Shown here piece after piece: positions 37,190 to 46,740 of a DNA stretch of 53,124 nt; positions within the stretch are counted from its first letter, which is position 1, and every line of letters starts with the position of its first letter. The translations under genes were made by a program, and so were the position numbers. The notes beneath the pieces are model-generated. The model saw only the letters and a program-made list of their open reading frames with translations. It ran no database searches and was not told the origin of the DNA. The DNA lies in IMG/VR virus record IMGVR_UViG_3300023091_000001, positions 1 to 53,124 of that record, one strand, 5' to 3'. The DNA comes from a virus (Duplodnaviria > Caudoviricetes).

Positions 37190-37515
37190 TCGAAACGCCG
37201 CGTCCTATTCTCCGCGTTCGTTTTCTCTTTGTGACACTTCTTACACAGTATTTGTAAATTTGACACATCGCAGAAAAGCTTATCTATAAATGTATTCCAA
37301 TCCACCCAGCCCGTAACCGCTACCACTGGCTGTTTGTGATCAACGTGTGTCTCCTTACGTGTGAACTGTTTCCCACAGCTTTCACAGGTAAACAAGTCTT
37401 TACCAACCTGCACGCGCTTCCTAGCCTCAGCCCTAGGCGGGAACCACTGCCACACCTTTCGGAGTTGCCGCTCAATATGGCCGTGCAAGTCAAAAGGTTT
37501 CTTAGTCACGATCAC
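37171..37515 (-). CDS. HNH endonuclease
   Basis: CESC..HVDHKQPV..NLQILCKKCHKEKT. Confidence 0.9.
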   Translation of the reverse strand: MIVTKKPFDLHGHIERQLRKVWQWFPPRAEARKRVQVGKDLFTCESCGKQFTRKETHVDHKQPVVAVTGWVDWNTFIDKLFCDVSNLQILCKKCHKEKTNAENRTRRFDWGGMR

Positions 37516-38290
37516 GCTCCTCGTATGCCCAATGGATTAGCTTATTAAGCTCTTCTTCGCTTTTAGGTTCAGTAAACATTTTATTAATTTCTCTGAGCCA
37601 CCATAGTGCAATTTTAGGATCTTCTTTGCGCATTGAAAATTTAGTGGCCACACTCAATAATGCGTAGTGACGCTGGCCATTTGTGCACGGAACTGAGTTA
37701 TTCATGATCGTGTTATCGACAAACACAGACTCTGTACTAGGATTCATCAATGAACCCAACGATTGGACAGCCCGTTTCTTGTCAGGTCTCCCGTGTATAA
37801 TAGTCGTGCCCTCAACTGTTGCGACTATTTCTTTTGGCTTTCCTGTCTTCTCGTGCACCGTCCCGGGAAGCCTAAACATATGCAAATGTCCGTACAACTT
37901 CAAATCTGCTTCCGGGTAGCGCGCTTTAACCCAAGCCTTATCCTGTTCAGGTAAAAGCTGTGAAGGAGCGGCCTCTCGATTGATGCCAAAGTGAGCCCCT
38001 CTATTCCCCGTAGTGTACCTTGTAAATCCCAAACCACTTTCTCGGAGTCCGGCATCAATTTTAATCGCGGCCTCTTCCGTGTCTGCGTCAATCCACAGTT
38101 TATCCGACCAAACCACTCCCTTAAATCCAACATAATTCTGAGTCCTTTGTAAAGCCTCAGCGCTGGACTCGTCAATTGCGTACACGGACGAAAATCCCGT
38201 ACTGGGCAAATCCGACTGCTGTAACACCCTGAAGTCCGGGTTAGTCACTGAGCGCTTCCAAACATACCAACAAAAAAAGTTTGAATCCAT
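37502..38290 (-). CDS. AEP-superfamily primase (prim-pol) with PriCT-like C-terminus
   Basis: WIDAD, TGNRGAH, FRLPG; C-terminal GQRH.AL..E.EL..LI.WA. Confidence 0.8.
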   Translation of the reverse strand: MDSNFFCWYVWKRSVTNPDFRVLQQSDLPSTGFSSVYAIDESSAEALQRTQNYVGFKGVVWSDKLWIDADTEEAAIKIDAGLRESGLGFTRYTTGNRGAHFGINREAAPSQLLPEQDKAWVKARYPEADLKLYGHLHMFRLPGTVHEKTGKPKEIVATVEGTTIIHGRPDKKRAVQSLGSLMNPSTESVFVDNTIMNNSVPCTNGQRHYALLSVATKFSMRKEDPKIALWWLREINKMFTEPKSEEELNKLIHWAYEERDRD

Positions 38291-38941
38291 TTACTGCCTC
38301 TGTATTTCATCAAGCTTGTTAATCACTCGCCAGATATACACAGCCGCGCCCTCAAAAGTGCTCTGATTTGTCTGAACCATAACTCCAATAACCAAACCGT
38401 TGGCGTCTACTAGAGGTCCCCCAGAATCCCCGGGATTCACGATGCCATGAACTACTATGAAGCCCATCCACTCAGCGCTTGGTGAGCCCACTATACAAGG
38501 AGTCATAGTTTGCAATTTGGTAACACCGTCGTACCTAATATTGGCACACAAAGAACTGCTATAAACAATATTGTTATAGTTGTGCATGGACACGGCTCGA
38601 TTTTCAGGGTCTTTAAGAATTGCGAAATCATTTACGCCCCCTTCGCCAAATCCGATAAGAGTCGTAATTACGGTCAGCCCTGAATTCAGTTCGACTGTAA
38701 TCGGAGTCCCAATTTTAGCTTTATCAGGCATACAATGCCGAGCTGTTACAATTATCCCAGTGCGAATATAAAATCCTGTACAGCGACCATTAGGTATTTT
38801 AACAAGTGTAACGGCTTTATTGTTTATTATCATTTCGGGTCTTGGAAGAATCTCCGGTTTTTTTGTGGGAGTGAAAGCTATTGCAACGATGGTCACACAC
38901 ATTAATAGGATACCTACTAGCACTCCCATTATAAACTTCAT
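38291..38941 (-). CDS. Membrane-anchored/secreted trypsin-like serine protease
   Basis: TARHC, DFAIL and GDSGGP catalytic-triad motifs; N-terminal TM; AAGGAG RBS before MKFIMG. Confidence 0.9.
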   Translation of the reverse strand: MKFIMGVLVGILLMCVTIVAIAFTPTKKPEILPRPEMIINNKAVTLVKIPNGRCTGFYIRTGIIVTARHCMPDKAKIGTPITVELNSGLTVITTLIGFGEGGVNDFAILKDPENRAVSMHNYNNIVYSSSLCANIRYDGVTKLQTMTPCIVGSPSAEWMGFIVVHGIVNPGDSGGPLVDANGLVIGVMVQTNQSTFEGAAVYIWRVINKLDEIQRQ

Positions 38942-39119
38942 GACACTCCTTACAGCGCGAGTAAAAGCCCTAATGCTAATAAAGCCAACCACATTTCCCG
39001 TTCACTGGGGCTCAAACTCACGCCCATACTATAACCAAAACTACAAATTTGATTCGTTACTTTAAAGCCATAAACCACAATATCTCGAATCTCAAGAAGC
39101 CTATTTTCAATTGCGTTTC

Positions 39120-39392
39120 TCACTTCTTCTCCTGCCCACCAGTAGCTCCGGCGATAAAATTAATCGCGCGTTCTTGACAGATTGGATCAAGCTTCTGTTC
39201 GTCAGCCTTCATGTGCAGGCTCTGAGCTAAATCAATAGCGGTTTGCATGCACGCAGCGTAGTAAACCATTCCGGCTATACGAATCACATCGTCCTTCATA
39301 CGAGCCTCTCGCTGCGCGTAAACGTGGTGCTGAAACCAGAACGACGAACCCACTAAACCTACTACCAAGATGCCAAGTAACCACTTTTTCAT
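39120..39392 (-). CDS. Signal-peptide protein
   Basis: MKKWLLGILVVGLVG. Confidence 0.7.
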   Translation of the reverse strand: MKKWLLGILVVGLVGSSFWFQHHVYAQREARMKDDVIRIAGMVYYAACMQTAIDLAQSLHMKADEQKLDPICQERAINFIAGATGGQEKK

Positions 39393-41386
39393 TCTTCATC
39401 TCCTTTTAATCCGTGCAACGTTCTGTACTTTTTTGTTTCAACTTTGAGCGTTACCGGTAATTTTAGTCTATCATTAAGTTCCGCTAAACTCAAGTCAAAA
39501 ATTCGTCTAGCTTCATCATAATACTCTTCCTTTACCGCCCATCCTGTAGCATCATGCAAATCAACAAGTACTGGAAACATTCCAATATGTTGCATCGCTC
39601 GTCGGCGCTCATCAATCCCCATAACCCATGCCGTCAAACAATCATGCCCACCCGATTGGATAAACCGGTTCATCGTATCCTTCTCGTACCTTTTTGGAAC
39701 CCGTATAATCCGACCTAAGATGTTTCTTAAATAGCCTTGTTTATTGTGCAAAGCCTTGAGTTTGCTGTTAAACTTCGCAACCAAGTCAAATTTCTCCCAA
39801 TATTTATTCACCAAATAGGCTGCGTCATCTAGCGATATCTCATGTCCGACTTTATTCAGATTTCTGTGTATTGTAAAGGCCGTTCCCGTGTAGCCCACAG
39901 CCAAATGAACAATCTTGCACATGGCCCGTATATCCTTAAACTTCTTCTTAATTTCAGCCGAACAGGGCTTCATAGGGTCGTAGAATAGTTTTAAGGCCTC
40001 GTTCTCCGGGAACACAGACAGCGCCAAATCCAAATAAACGTCTCCTAAACCGTCCCTGTGTACCTTGAGTAGCGTAGGGTCCTCCGAGTATGCCGCGATT
40101 AAGCAAGGCTCAATGGCGGCCAAATCAGCATGTATCCCAACGTATCCCTCAGGGAGCTGAAAAGCCTTCATCACACTTTCTTCTGAGAATGGCATGTTAA
40201 GGCAGTACGGTTTGAATCCGCCAAGGCGATCGGATACTGTGGCTGAAGTATTATACGGAAAATGGATAGTATACGTTCCATCAGTGTGAGCCCGCAAAGA
40301 CTCAAGGTACCCTTCAGTAAACTGCAAGATTTTTCGGTCTTCTGACAAAGTAACAAAAGCTCGCGCGGCTGGATGGTTAAGGCTTGCGATAGTATCTCTG
40401 TCCGACTTTGGTTTGCCAGTTGGAGTAGTTCCTTTAACTGGCAGTCCAAGCATTCCGTACAGCAATTGACTACGCTGGTCCCCTGAGTTCGGATTGAACT
40501 TTCGCCATTTTTCCTTATCTTGCCTATGAGCGTTTGCGAATTTTTCTGTTTTATACGCAAGAGCCTTCTCCTCTGCCCAGCATTCCTCTAGGGCTTCAAT
40601 TTCTTTAGGACACGTCTTCCGGATTTCCTTTTCTGAGTTTTCGCATTTGACCGTGAGCGTTTCCTTGGCATCGAGCAGAGCGGAAACATCAACTCGCATC
40701 CCGGTCCGAGTGGCTTCGGTAAGGATTTGGTGATAATCTTGTCGCCACTGAAGAAAAGTCCAGTAATCGTTTTTTTCAAAAAACGGCACAAGTCGTTCAT
40801 ACAACTGCAGAGTGCTGACAACATCCAAACAAGCATAATAAGCGAGAGTGTCACTACTAGCAAGGTAATGATCCCCATTAGAAAGTTTTCCACCACGCTC
40901 CTCCACTTCTTTTTCAAGAGCTGCTGCATTTGTTTCAGCCCATCCCAGCAGTTCAGTTTGAGCCATTTTTAAGCCAAAGCCATGTTTCGCATCTGTATCA
41001 TCCGATAGGTGCCACATCTTTCGCGTATCCGCATGCCACTTCGTGCTGAGTCCAAACTTTGCGTCAATCCACATTCTATCGTACTCAACCTGATGCCCAA
41101 TCAGCTCCCTCCCTTGCAAGAAGGAGGTTACCCCGCCGAGCATACCGGTCGCATCGGCGGGGGTGAGATTTTGGGTGAGTAAATCATATTCGTAAAAGGG
41201 AACGTACAAAGATGTTATAACGTTGGGGGAGTTGGCACGTCTAAAAGCCAGGGCTATGCCGAGTAGAATCCCAGCTACATCCAACTCCCCCTTTGTCTCG
41301 ACGTCGGCTACTACCCGGGTCGGTGCATTCTCGGTTATCTCTTGGAACCGAGAGAGAGAGGTGACTATTTCAGTCGTGTAGTCCAT
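39389..41386 (-). CDS. polA: Family A DNA polymerase with 3'-5' exonuclease
   Basis: ExoI DVET, ExoII EYD, ExoIII YACLD; motif A DLAAIE; motif B RAMCKIVHLAVGY; motif C LHD. Confidence 0.9.
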   Translation of the reverse strand: MDYTTEIVTSLSRFQEITENAPTRVVADVETKGELDVAGILLGIALAFRRANSPNVITSLYVPFYEYDLLTQNLTPADATGMLGGVTSFLQGRELIGHQVEYDRMWIDAKFGLSTKWHADTRKMWHLSDDTDAKHGFGLKMAQTELLGWAETNAAALEKEVEERGGKLSNGDHYLASSDTLAYYACLDVVSTLQLYERLVPFFEKNDYWTFLQWRQDYHQILTEATRTGMRVDVSALLDAKETLTVKCENSEKEIRKTCPKEIEALEECWAEEKALAYKTEKFANAHRQDKEKWRKFNPNSGDQRSQLLYGMLGLPVKGTTPTGKPKSDRDTIASLNHPAARAFVTLSEDRKILQFTEGYLESLRAHTDGTYTIHFPYNTSATVSDRLGGFKPYCLNMPFSEESVMKAFQLPEGYVGIHADLAAIEPCLIAAYSEDPTLLKVHRDGLGDVYLDLALSVFPENEALKLFYDPMKPCSAEIKKKFKDIRAMCKIVHLAVGYTGTAFTIHRNLNKVGHEISLDDAAYLVNKYWEKFDLVAKFNSKLKALHNKQGYLRNILGRIIRVPKRYEKDTMNRFIQSGGHDCLTAWVMGIDERRRAMQHIGMFPVLVDLHDATGWAVKEEYYDEARRIFDLSLAELNDRLKLPVTLKVETKKYRTLHGLKGDEE

Positions 41387-41390
41387 TTAT

Positions 41391-41855
41391 TTACTTTTGC
41401 TCTCCTCTTGGGAACACTTTCTGCACGCGGGGAAAACTTTTGCCTTTGTGAAGGCCGTCCTTGATCTCCTCATTATCAACTGTTATGATAACTTTCGCAT
41501 CCAGCATTAACTTAAAATCAGCCAGCTCAGTCTCTTTAGACGGATATCGGAAGTTTGTGATCTGCTCTGCAGTCAACCCCGCGTTCATCATGCGACGCTT
41601 CAACTTGGAAGGGCCCCAGGGCATAGCAGCACCAGCCTTAGTGGTCATGCAGATGAACTCCTTGATCGTAGAACTGCTGTTGTCAACTGCATAAGTGAGA
41701 GTCACTCCAAAAGCGCCATTTTTTGTATTGGCTGCTCTGATATCAGTGATCGTTGCGTCGTGTTCACCAGGTTCTAGCTTCTTACCTTGACCTTCCAGAT
41801 CGTCCAGACTTGCTTTAGTCACTGAAGCCCAATCGAAATTAAAGTTACCTGCCAT
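41391..41855 (-). CDS. Putative ssDNA-binding protein (DUF669-like)
   Basis: LEPGEH.ATI....TKNG pattern; lies between the exonuclease and polA. Confidence 0.6.
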   Translation of the reverse strand: MAGNFNFDWASVTKASLDDLEGQGKKLEPGEHDATITDIRAANTKNGAFGVTLTYAVDNSSSTIKEFICMTTKAGAAMPWGPSKLKRRMMNAGLTAEQITNFRYPSKETELADFKLMLDAKVIITVDNEEIKDGLHKGKSFPRVQKVFPRGEQK

Positions 41856-41856
41856 T

Positions 41857-42576
41857 TTATTCTCCTTTTTTAGTTATTCCATATTTTTGATTAAATAAGT
41901 TCCCTGCAATAATAGTAAGAGCGCTTACGGAGCCAGTGAGTTTTCTAACTTGGCTCTCAGTAGCTTTTACGATCTTTACAAGCTCTTCAGGGTCAATCTC
42001 CGGGGGAGTGCGACTTTCTATCAACTCCCAAAATTTCAAAAGCTCAGTCAGCAACTTCTTCTGGTACTCCTCATCCGAAGGAACGGAAACTATAACTCCG
42101 CTGGACCCATCGAACGAATAATAATCCAAGCTCTTAGCGCCTGTAACCAAGTATTGATGTTGCAACTGGGCATGATACTTACTAGGTGTTTTTCCCTTCT
42201 TTGCTTGAGCGTGATCCGCCTTACTTGGGCATTTGATTTCAAGAATTTTAGACTCATCTTCATTAAACCCATCCAACGAAGCCCTGATAAACTCATGTTC
42301 GTCGTGAATTCCAGTGATGGGTGTCATCAGAATTCCGGTCTGCTTCATGTAAGCGGCTCGTGCGATTGGTTCCAAATCATGACCTCGCCTCATCGCCACT
42401 GCTGAATAAATCTCTGGCTCAGGAGCCTGTAACAAATCGGTCTTCATCGCCCAAAGCATGAAGCGACTTGTCCATGGACTGTCATTCATAACGATTGGAG
42501 CATCACTGGCCCCTAGCCCCTTCTTTCTCCACGCAAACCAATCTTTACTATTCTGCGTTAAATCTACAGTTTTCAT
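41857..42576 (-). CDS. YqaJ/lambda-type exonuclease
   Basis: W..WR..GLGASD, GH.LEP, ASLDG, LEIKCP, Y.AQLQHQ. Confidence 0.92.
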   Translation of the reverse strand: MKTVDLTQNSKDWFAWRKKGLGASDAPIVMNDSPWTSRFMLWAMKTDLLQAPEPEIYSAVAMRRGHDLEPIARAAYMKQTGILMTPITGIHDEHEFIRASLDGFNEDESKILEIKCPSKADHAQAKKGKTPSKYHAQLQHQYLVTGAKSLDYYSFDGSSGVIVSVPSDEEYQKKLLTELLKFWELIESRTPPEIDPEELVKIVKATESQVRKLTGSVSALTIIAGNLFNQKYGITKKGE

Positions 42577-42803
42577 TTCCCCACCGCCATAATTTCTTCG
42601 AGCTTTGTAGGGTTACTAGCACGTAAAATCCAAGCAACAGTATCAATAGCTTCATTTAAGTCTTCCATAGTGAGCTGGTACACAGTGTCTACGTGATAGC
42701 AACCTAACAATATACGTTTAGTCTCCTCATTCGTAAACTTGGCGGCATAAAATAATTGACTTAACAATTCAGGCGAATTATTTCTTTTCTTTGCTTTTTT
42801 CAT
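42573..42803 (-). CDS. Hypothetical protein
   Basis: Start at MKKAKK via ATGA overlap with a 39-aa TM ORF at 42800..42919. Confidence 0.6.
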   Translation of the reverse strand: MKKAKKRNNSPELLSQLFYAAKFTNEETKRILLGCYHVDTVYQLTMEDLNEAIDTVAWILRASNPTKLEEIMAVGK

Positions 42804-42926
42804 ACACCCACCAATTTCATACAGGCTACCACCGTACACCCAATTATCACTCCAAGCAGGTAGCTTCTAATAAAGATACTGACCACATATTTGAGCTTTT
42901 TCTTGAGCGTAACACTCATATGCACC

Positions 42927-43610
42927 TCACTCACTAATTTGACAATTCGCTAGCACAGTAAAATCGCATGAAGAGTTTATCGCATTGCTGGCATATACCC
43001 CAGGAGGAATCAGGGCTAAAAACCCGTCATTCGCTGAGTAAACAGCATATAGATTCCCCCCAACACAAATTCCATATTCCGGGAATGTCGTGGGATATGT
43101 GGGGGTCACGTTCGGACAAAACTGCACGGTTGTGACTGGAGTAGCGTCCTTACCATCAGTCCCGGGTGTTCCCTGAGGACCAACAGCCCCATCTTGACCG
43201 TTAGTGCCATTAGCTCCATCCACCCCAGCAATGCCTTGAGGACCTTGCGGACCTACTGCTCCATCCTGTCCATTAGCGCCTGTAGCGCCTGTAGCGCCTG
43301 TAGCGCCTGTAGCGCCTGTAGCGCCTGTAGCGCCTGTAGCGCCTGTAGCGCCTGTAGCGCCCTGCGGACCCTGCGGTCCTTGGGGACCCATAGGCCCAGC
43401 AGCTCCCGTCAATCCTTGAGCCCCTGTAGCCCCTGTAGCGCCGTTTGGCACTATTACTGGGTCATTACCCAAGCAGCTAACCTGAATCCCAGAAGCTACC
43501 ACAGTGGTGGTACATTCTGGGGGATTAGTAACAAAAGCCGTAGTCCCACTTTGTCCGCATCCTACGATAAAAATACCCAAAAACATCAGACCCATAAAAT
43601 TGTACACCAT
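42927..43610 (-). CDS. Collagen-like lipoprotein
   Basis: Lipobox-like IVGC; about 33 Gly-X-Y triplets; GGAGG RBS; upstream TTGCAA-N17-TACAGT promoter. Confidence 0.85.
   Translation of the reverse strand: MVYNFMGLMFLGIFIVGCGQSGTTAFVTNPPECTTTVVASGIQVSCLGNDPVIVPNGATGATGAQGLTGAAGPMGPQGPQGPQGATGATGATGATGATGATGATGATGATGANGQDGAVGPQGPQGIAGVDGANGTNGQDGAVGPQGTPGTDGKDATPVTTVQFCPNVTPTYPTTFPEYGICVGGNLYAVYSANDGFLALIPPGVYASNAINSSCDFTVLANCQISE
43274..43361. repeat. Perfect 9-bp tandem repeat, about 10 copies (TAGCGCCTG)
   Basis: Encodes the GAT collagen triplets. Confidence 0.95.
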
Positions 43611-43645
43611 ATTTCCTCCCATTTATAAACTGTACCACATCTTAA

Positions 43646-44002
43646 TTATTTTTGCAAGCCCCAAGTTGCTCTTCTTTTATCATTCCACTTTTTCCAGGAA
43701 CAGTCGGACGAATGCGAGCTGATGTCTGGCCCCTGACACTTGCACGTGGGCTCTGCTTCTTCGTAGCTTCCCGGAACCAACTCAATCTGATAGGGAGCTG
43801 TTTCCAAAAACCCAACATGCCAAGATGCCATTAGCATAAGAGATTTGGGAAGCCTTAGCTCAGTGCCAATAAAACGAGAATCGGAGAATCCGCTGTCCAC
43901 TTGAATTGCCGCTTTAAGTGCAGAGTCCGTGACAATCCATAAATCGAAATCATCATAAATGATGTCCCCTATGCTCAATTTGTCATACTCTAGCTGTGTC
44001 AT
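43646..44002 (-). CDS. Hypothetical protein
   Basis: ATGA coupling; C-terminal CxC..H..C. Confidence 0.7.
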   Translation of the reverse strand: MTQLEYDKLSIGDIIYDDFDLWIVTDSALKAAIQVDSGFSDSRFIGTELRLPKSLMLMASWHVGFLETAPYQIELVPGSYEEAEPTCKCQGPDISSHSSDCSWKKWNDKRRATWGLQK

Positions 44003-44187
44003 CTGTCTTGTCCTTTGGTTAATCCACGCCCTTTGTAATAAGCCGTGAAAATTATATCCTCTACTAAATTTATGATCTCTTCCGTAATTTCGAGCTTTTT
44101 ACGGGGACGATCAACGGCTTCGTCTATCAGATCACATAGCTCTTTTTCCCAATCCCATACTCCGGCTCTTTTATCAGGGACTCTCAT
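43999..44187 (-). CDS. Hypothetical protein
   Basis: GAGGT RBS. Confidence 0.65.
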   Translation of the reverse strand: MRVPDKRAGVWDWEKELCDLIDEAVDRPRKKLEITEEIINLVEDIIFTAYYKGRGLTKGQDR

Positions 44188-44194
44188 AGTAACC

Positions 44195-44401
44195 TCATTC
44201 AGTTGGTTTTAACCACCACCGTATCCAAGGACTCTGTTTAGCCTTGATAATCTCTTCCTCACGTGTATTTCGTAACAAGACCCAATCTTCAAAAGGGACG
44301 AGCACTCGCTTCTGCTCTGCACACAGGCAACGTAAACAGCCAACACGGTGAATTCTATGTTTACGCCCGTCCCCGTGGCATCTGTGGCACCACTGAGTCA
44401 T
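44195..44401 (-). CDS. Zn-finger hypothetical protein
   Basis: CHRC...CLRC; TAATG coupling. Confidence 0.65.
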   Translation of the reverse strand: MTQWCHRCHGDGRKHRIHRVGCLRCLCAEQKRVLVPFEDWVLLRNTREEEIIKAKQSPWIRWWLKPTE

Positions 44402-44613
44402 TAGTCCTCCACTTTCCGTATCTGGTTAATTTCAGAAAGCTGCTGTAACGCTTTTTGAGCCTCCACCTCCAGTAACAGCTCAACTTCGTAGTCATTAAAA
44501 TGGACTCTACCCATAACTCTGATAATTCTCAAGTTCCCAGCTTTAGCATTAGCGAATAACCATTCTGTTTGAGTCCCGTAGGAGGATTCTATTTTGTCTA
44601 TTGTAAGCCACAT
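44401..44613 (-). CDS. Xis/MerR-like winged-HTH DNA-binding protein
   Basis: WLTIDKI...GNLRIIRVMGRVHF..EVELLL. Confidence 0.6.
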   Translation of the reverse strand: MWLTIDKIESSYGTQTEWLFANAKAGNLRIIRVMGRVHFNDYEVELLLEVEAQKALQQLSEINQIRKVED

Positions 44614-44625
44614 ACCAGCTTTACT

Positions 44626-44641
44626 TGCAGTATTTGTGCCA
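44626..44641 (-). promoter_or_regulatory. Putative sigma54 promoter
   Basis: TGGCACAAATACTGCA. Confidence 0.55.
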
Positions 44642-44816
44642 GCTTCTCTTCATCTGAAATTGGGTGAAATAGAGTAAATTACTTGTTGAACTTTGATTCA
44701 TAGAATGCTCAAATAGAGTGAATTTTGGGTGTTTAACTAACTGTTTAGGCAACTTAGGAGTTTCGATTATCTTTTTTACAGTCGTACGATTCCTAGACAT
44801 AAAAAGCCTTTACTTA

Positions 44817-45017
44817 TCAGTGTTTTAGACGACAGCTAAAAATCGGATCTATCTTATGGGTTCTAGTTCGAACGTCACTTTCCAGCCGTTCGCGAGCAGC
44901 TTCATAATAGGACATAGCCTCTTGATATTTCCAACGGGTGATAAGCCATTGGTAAGTCATGAAGCCCACTATTAGTGGTAGCGCGATCATGTAAATTGCA
45001 ATTAGTCGATTCCACAT
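44817..45017 (-). CDS. Small membrane protein
   Basis: GGAGG RBS before MWNRL; one TM segment. Confidence 0.65.
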   Translation of the reverse strand: MWNRLIAIYMIALPLIVGFMTYQWLITRWKYQEAMSYYEAARERLESDVRTRTHKIDPIFSCRLKH

Positions 45018-45043
45018 ACAGCCTCCAGTCGAAGCCCTTACCA

Positions 45044-45059
45044 TGCAACAAGTGCGCCA
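45044..45059 (-). promoter_or_regulatory. Putative sigma54 promoter
   Basis: TGGCGCACTTGTTGCA, close to the TGGCAC-N5-TTGCA consensus. Confidence 0.6.
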
Positions 45060-45225
45060 GCGCTCTTTACGTTATTTTTAACAAGTCTAGTGGCGCTATC
45101 TGGTTTTGGGCTTATAGGTAGTGTTCCACTGTTACAACCTTCCTTTTTTTTCGCGTATACTAAAAACATGGTGATATTTTGGGATTAAAAAAAGTAAACC
45201 ATGGCAATAATTAAAGAAATTATAC

Positions 45226-45314
45226 TGTCAACTTTTTTGACACAAAAACATGGGGTAAGTACTTGATTCCTGGTAAAAGAGAGATAAATTAAGTAAGTGT
45301 CAACTTTTTTGACA
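45226..45314. promoter_or_regulatory. Two identical 17-bp quasi-palindromes (operator or origin candidate)
   Basis: TGTCAACTTTTTTGACA at 45226 and 45298 in an AT-rich divergent intergenic region. Confidence 0.7.
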
Positions 45315-45385
45315 ATTTAGTAATGATTATAACAACTAATCAAATAGTTAAGCCAAAATGACCATGTTTATTAATAGGAGGATAG

Positions 45386-45745
45386 ATGAAATCAAAGATT
45401 GCTAACATTGTTACTTTTATAAAATATTTTTTACTCAGGTTGAAGGCATTCCTGCCAACTGAGTTACCTCGTACCCCCGCAGCTTTTGAGGCGCTCATGA
45501 ACAGCGTTAAGGCTCACGGGTTGCCTGGCGATTCCGTTAACTGCAGGTTTGCGGTGTCTACGGGTATAATGCATTTACCTGCGCAGTGCGTCAAGAAGCC
45601 AGTGCGATACTTCGTAAAGTCAATCATGAAGCTTCAAGCCAACGAGGTCGCCTACGACGTCCTGGAAGCGGCTAGGAAGGCACAGCAATCACCAGTAGCC
45701 ACTCCTGTAGCGGCGGTGCCAAATGCCTCGACCCAAATCTCTTAA
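45386..45745 (+). CDS. Hypothetical protein
   Basis: AGGAGG RBS. Confidence 0.75.
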   Translation: MKSKIANIVTFIKYFLLRLKAFLPTELPRTPAAFEALMNSVKAHGLPGDSVNCRFAVSTGIMHLPAQCVKKPVRYFVKSIMKLQANEVAYDVLEAARKAQQSPVATPVAAVPNASTQIS

Positions 45746-46523
45746 ATATGAAAACCCGGAATTTAAAAAACTCAAACAACAGTGGTACGGGAAACTCGCC
45801 AAGTCCGGTTTTAAAGACATTGAACTGCCTGGGGATTGCGCCATGCTGCAGCATTATGATAGCACAAGGTTCTACCGAGTGGAATCGGACGTGTTCGGGG
45901 CACAGCAGGCATACTACGAAAGAGCAGGTCAGTTCCTTTTTGAGAATTCTTTTTTATGTGCTAAACAGCGGTATATCTGGAAAGAGCACTCAGAGGGTAG
46001 AGAGAATACAGAAATCGCTAAAAAACATCATATCGGACTCGGGTTCGTAGCGAAAGAGATCCGTAAAGTGAGGGCTAAGATGTTGGATAAGTTAGATACA
46101 GTTATTAGTCTAAGAGAGGGAACACCGGAAGATCGCACATTCGTATATGCGACTATGTTGCGAGGGGTTTATTATGGCTGTCCCCAAATGAGCCTTATAC
46201 CTAAAGCGGAGTTCATGTCAAACTATCACCAAATAGTTACGAATTTGTTAGAGTCGCCCACCGCTGTGCTAAAAATAGCCTGTTTGCCGGATGACCCTGA
46301 GTGTATAATTGGTTACGCGCTTGGCGACCAACGGGGAATACTGCACTTTATTTTTGTTAAAACTGCGTGGAGAAAACTTGGAGTAGCTAAAGCATTGCTA
46401 AAGTCCTTAGGCCCGGTAAAATGGGTTACTATTTTAACTAGAGTGGGAGAGCGTCTTATTAAACAATGCAGAGGACTTCATTTTAATCCCTTCGCTGTAT
46501 TAGGAGGAAACGATAATGGATAG
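45723..46523 (+). CDS. HTH-like domain fused to a GNAT acetyltransferase
   Basis: IW...EG....EIAK (sigma region 4/LuxR-like HTH); HFIFVK.AWRKLGVAKALL (acetyl-CoA motif A). Confidence 0.75.
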   Translation: MPRPKSLKYENPEFKKLKQQWYGKLAKSGFKDIELPGDCAMLQHYDSTRFYRVESDVFGAQQAYYERAGQFLFENSFLCAKQRYIWKEHSEGRENTEIAKKHHIGLGFVAKEIRKVRAKMLDKLDTVISLREGTPEDRTFVYATMLRGVYYGCPQMSLIPKAEFMSNYHQIVTNLLESPTAVLKIACLPDDPECIIGYALGDQRGILHFIFVKTAWRKLGVAKALLKSLGPVKWVTILTRVGERLIKQCRGLHFNPFAVLGGNDNG

Positions 46524-46740
46524 TGAAAAAAAACCAACACTCGCAGAGCTGCAACAGGAGTTCACTTCTCTGTGTGGCCTGTTAGGGCAGCTGCACTACC
46601 ACAACGAGTGTAATTTCGACCAAATGGAAAAAATTGAAGCTAGGCTTAAGGTTCTAGATGCCGAAGCCGGGAAACTAATTAAAAAGGAGAAAGAAGCCGA
46701 TGTTAAAATACAACAACCCAGTGAAGTCAGTATTGCTTAG
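46516..46740 (+). CDS. Coiled-coil hypothetical protein
   Basis: AGGAGG RBS. Confidence 0.7.
   Translation: MDSEKKPTLAELQQEFTSLCGLLGQLHYHNECNFDQMEKIEARLKVLDAEAGKLIKKEKEADVKIQQPSEVSIA

Noticed and set aside
43194-43628. SACSAC-repeat ORF on the + strand
   Set aside because: Antisense shadow of the collagen repeat.
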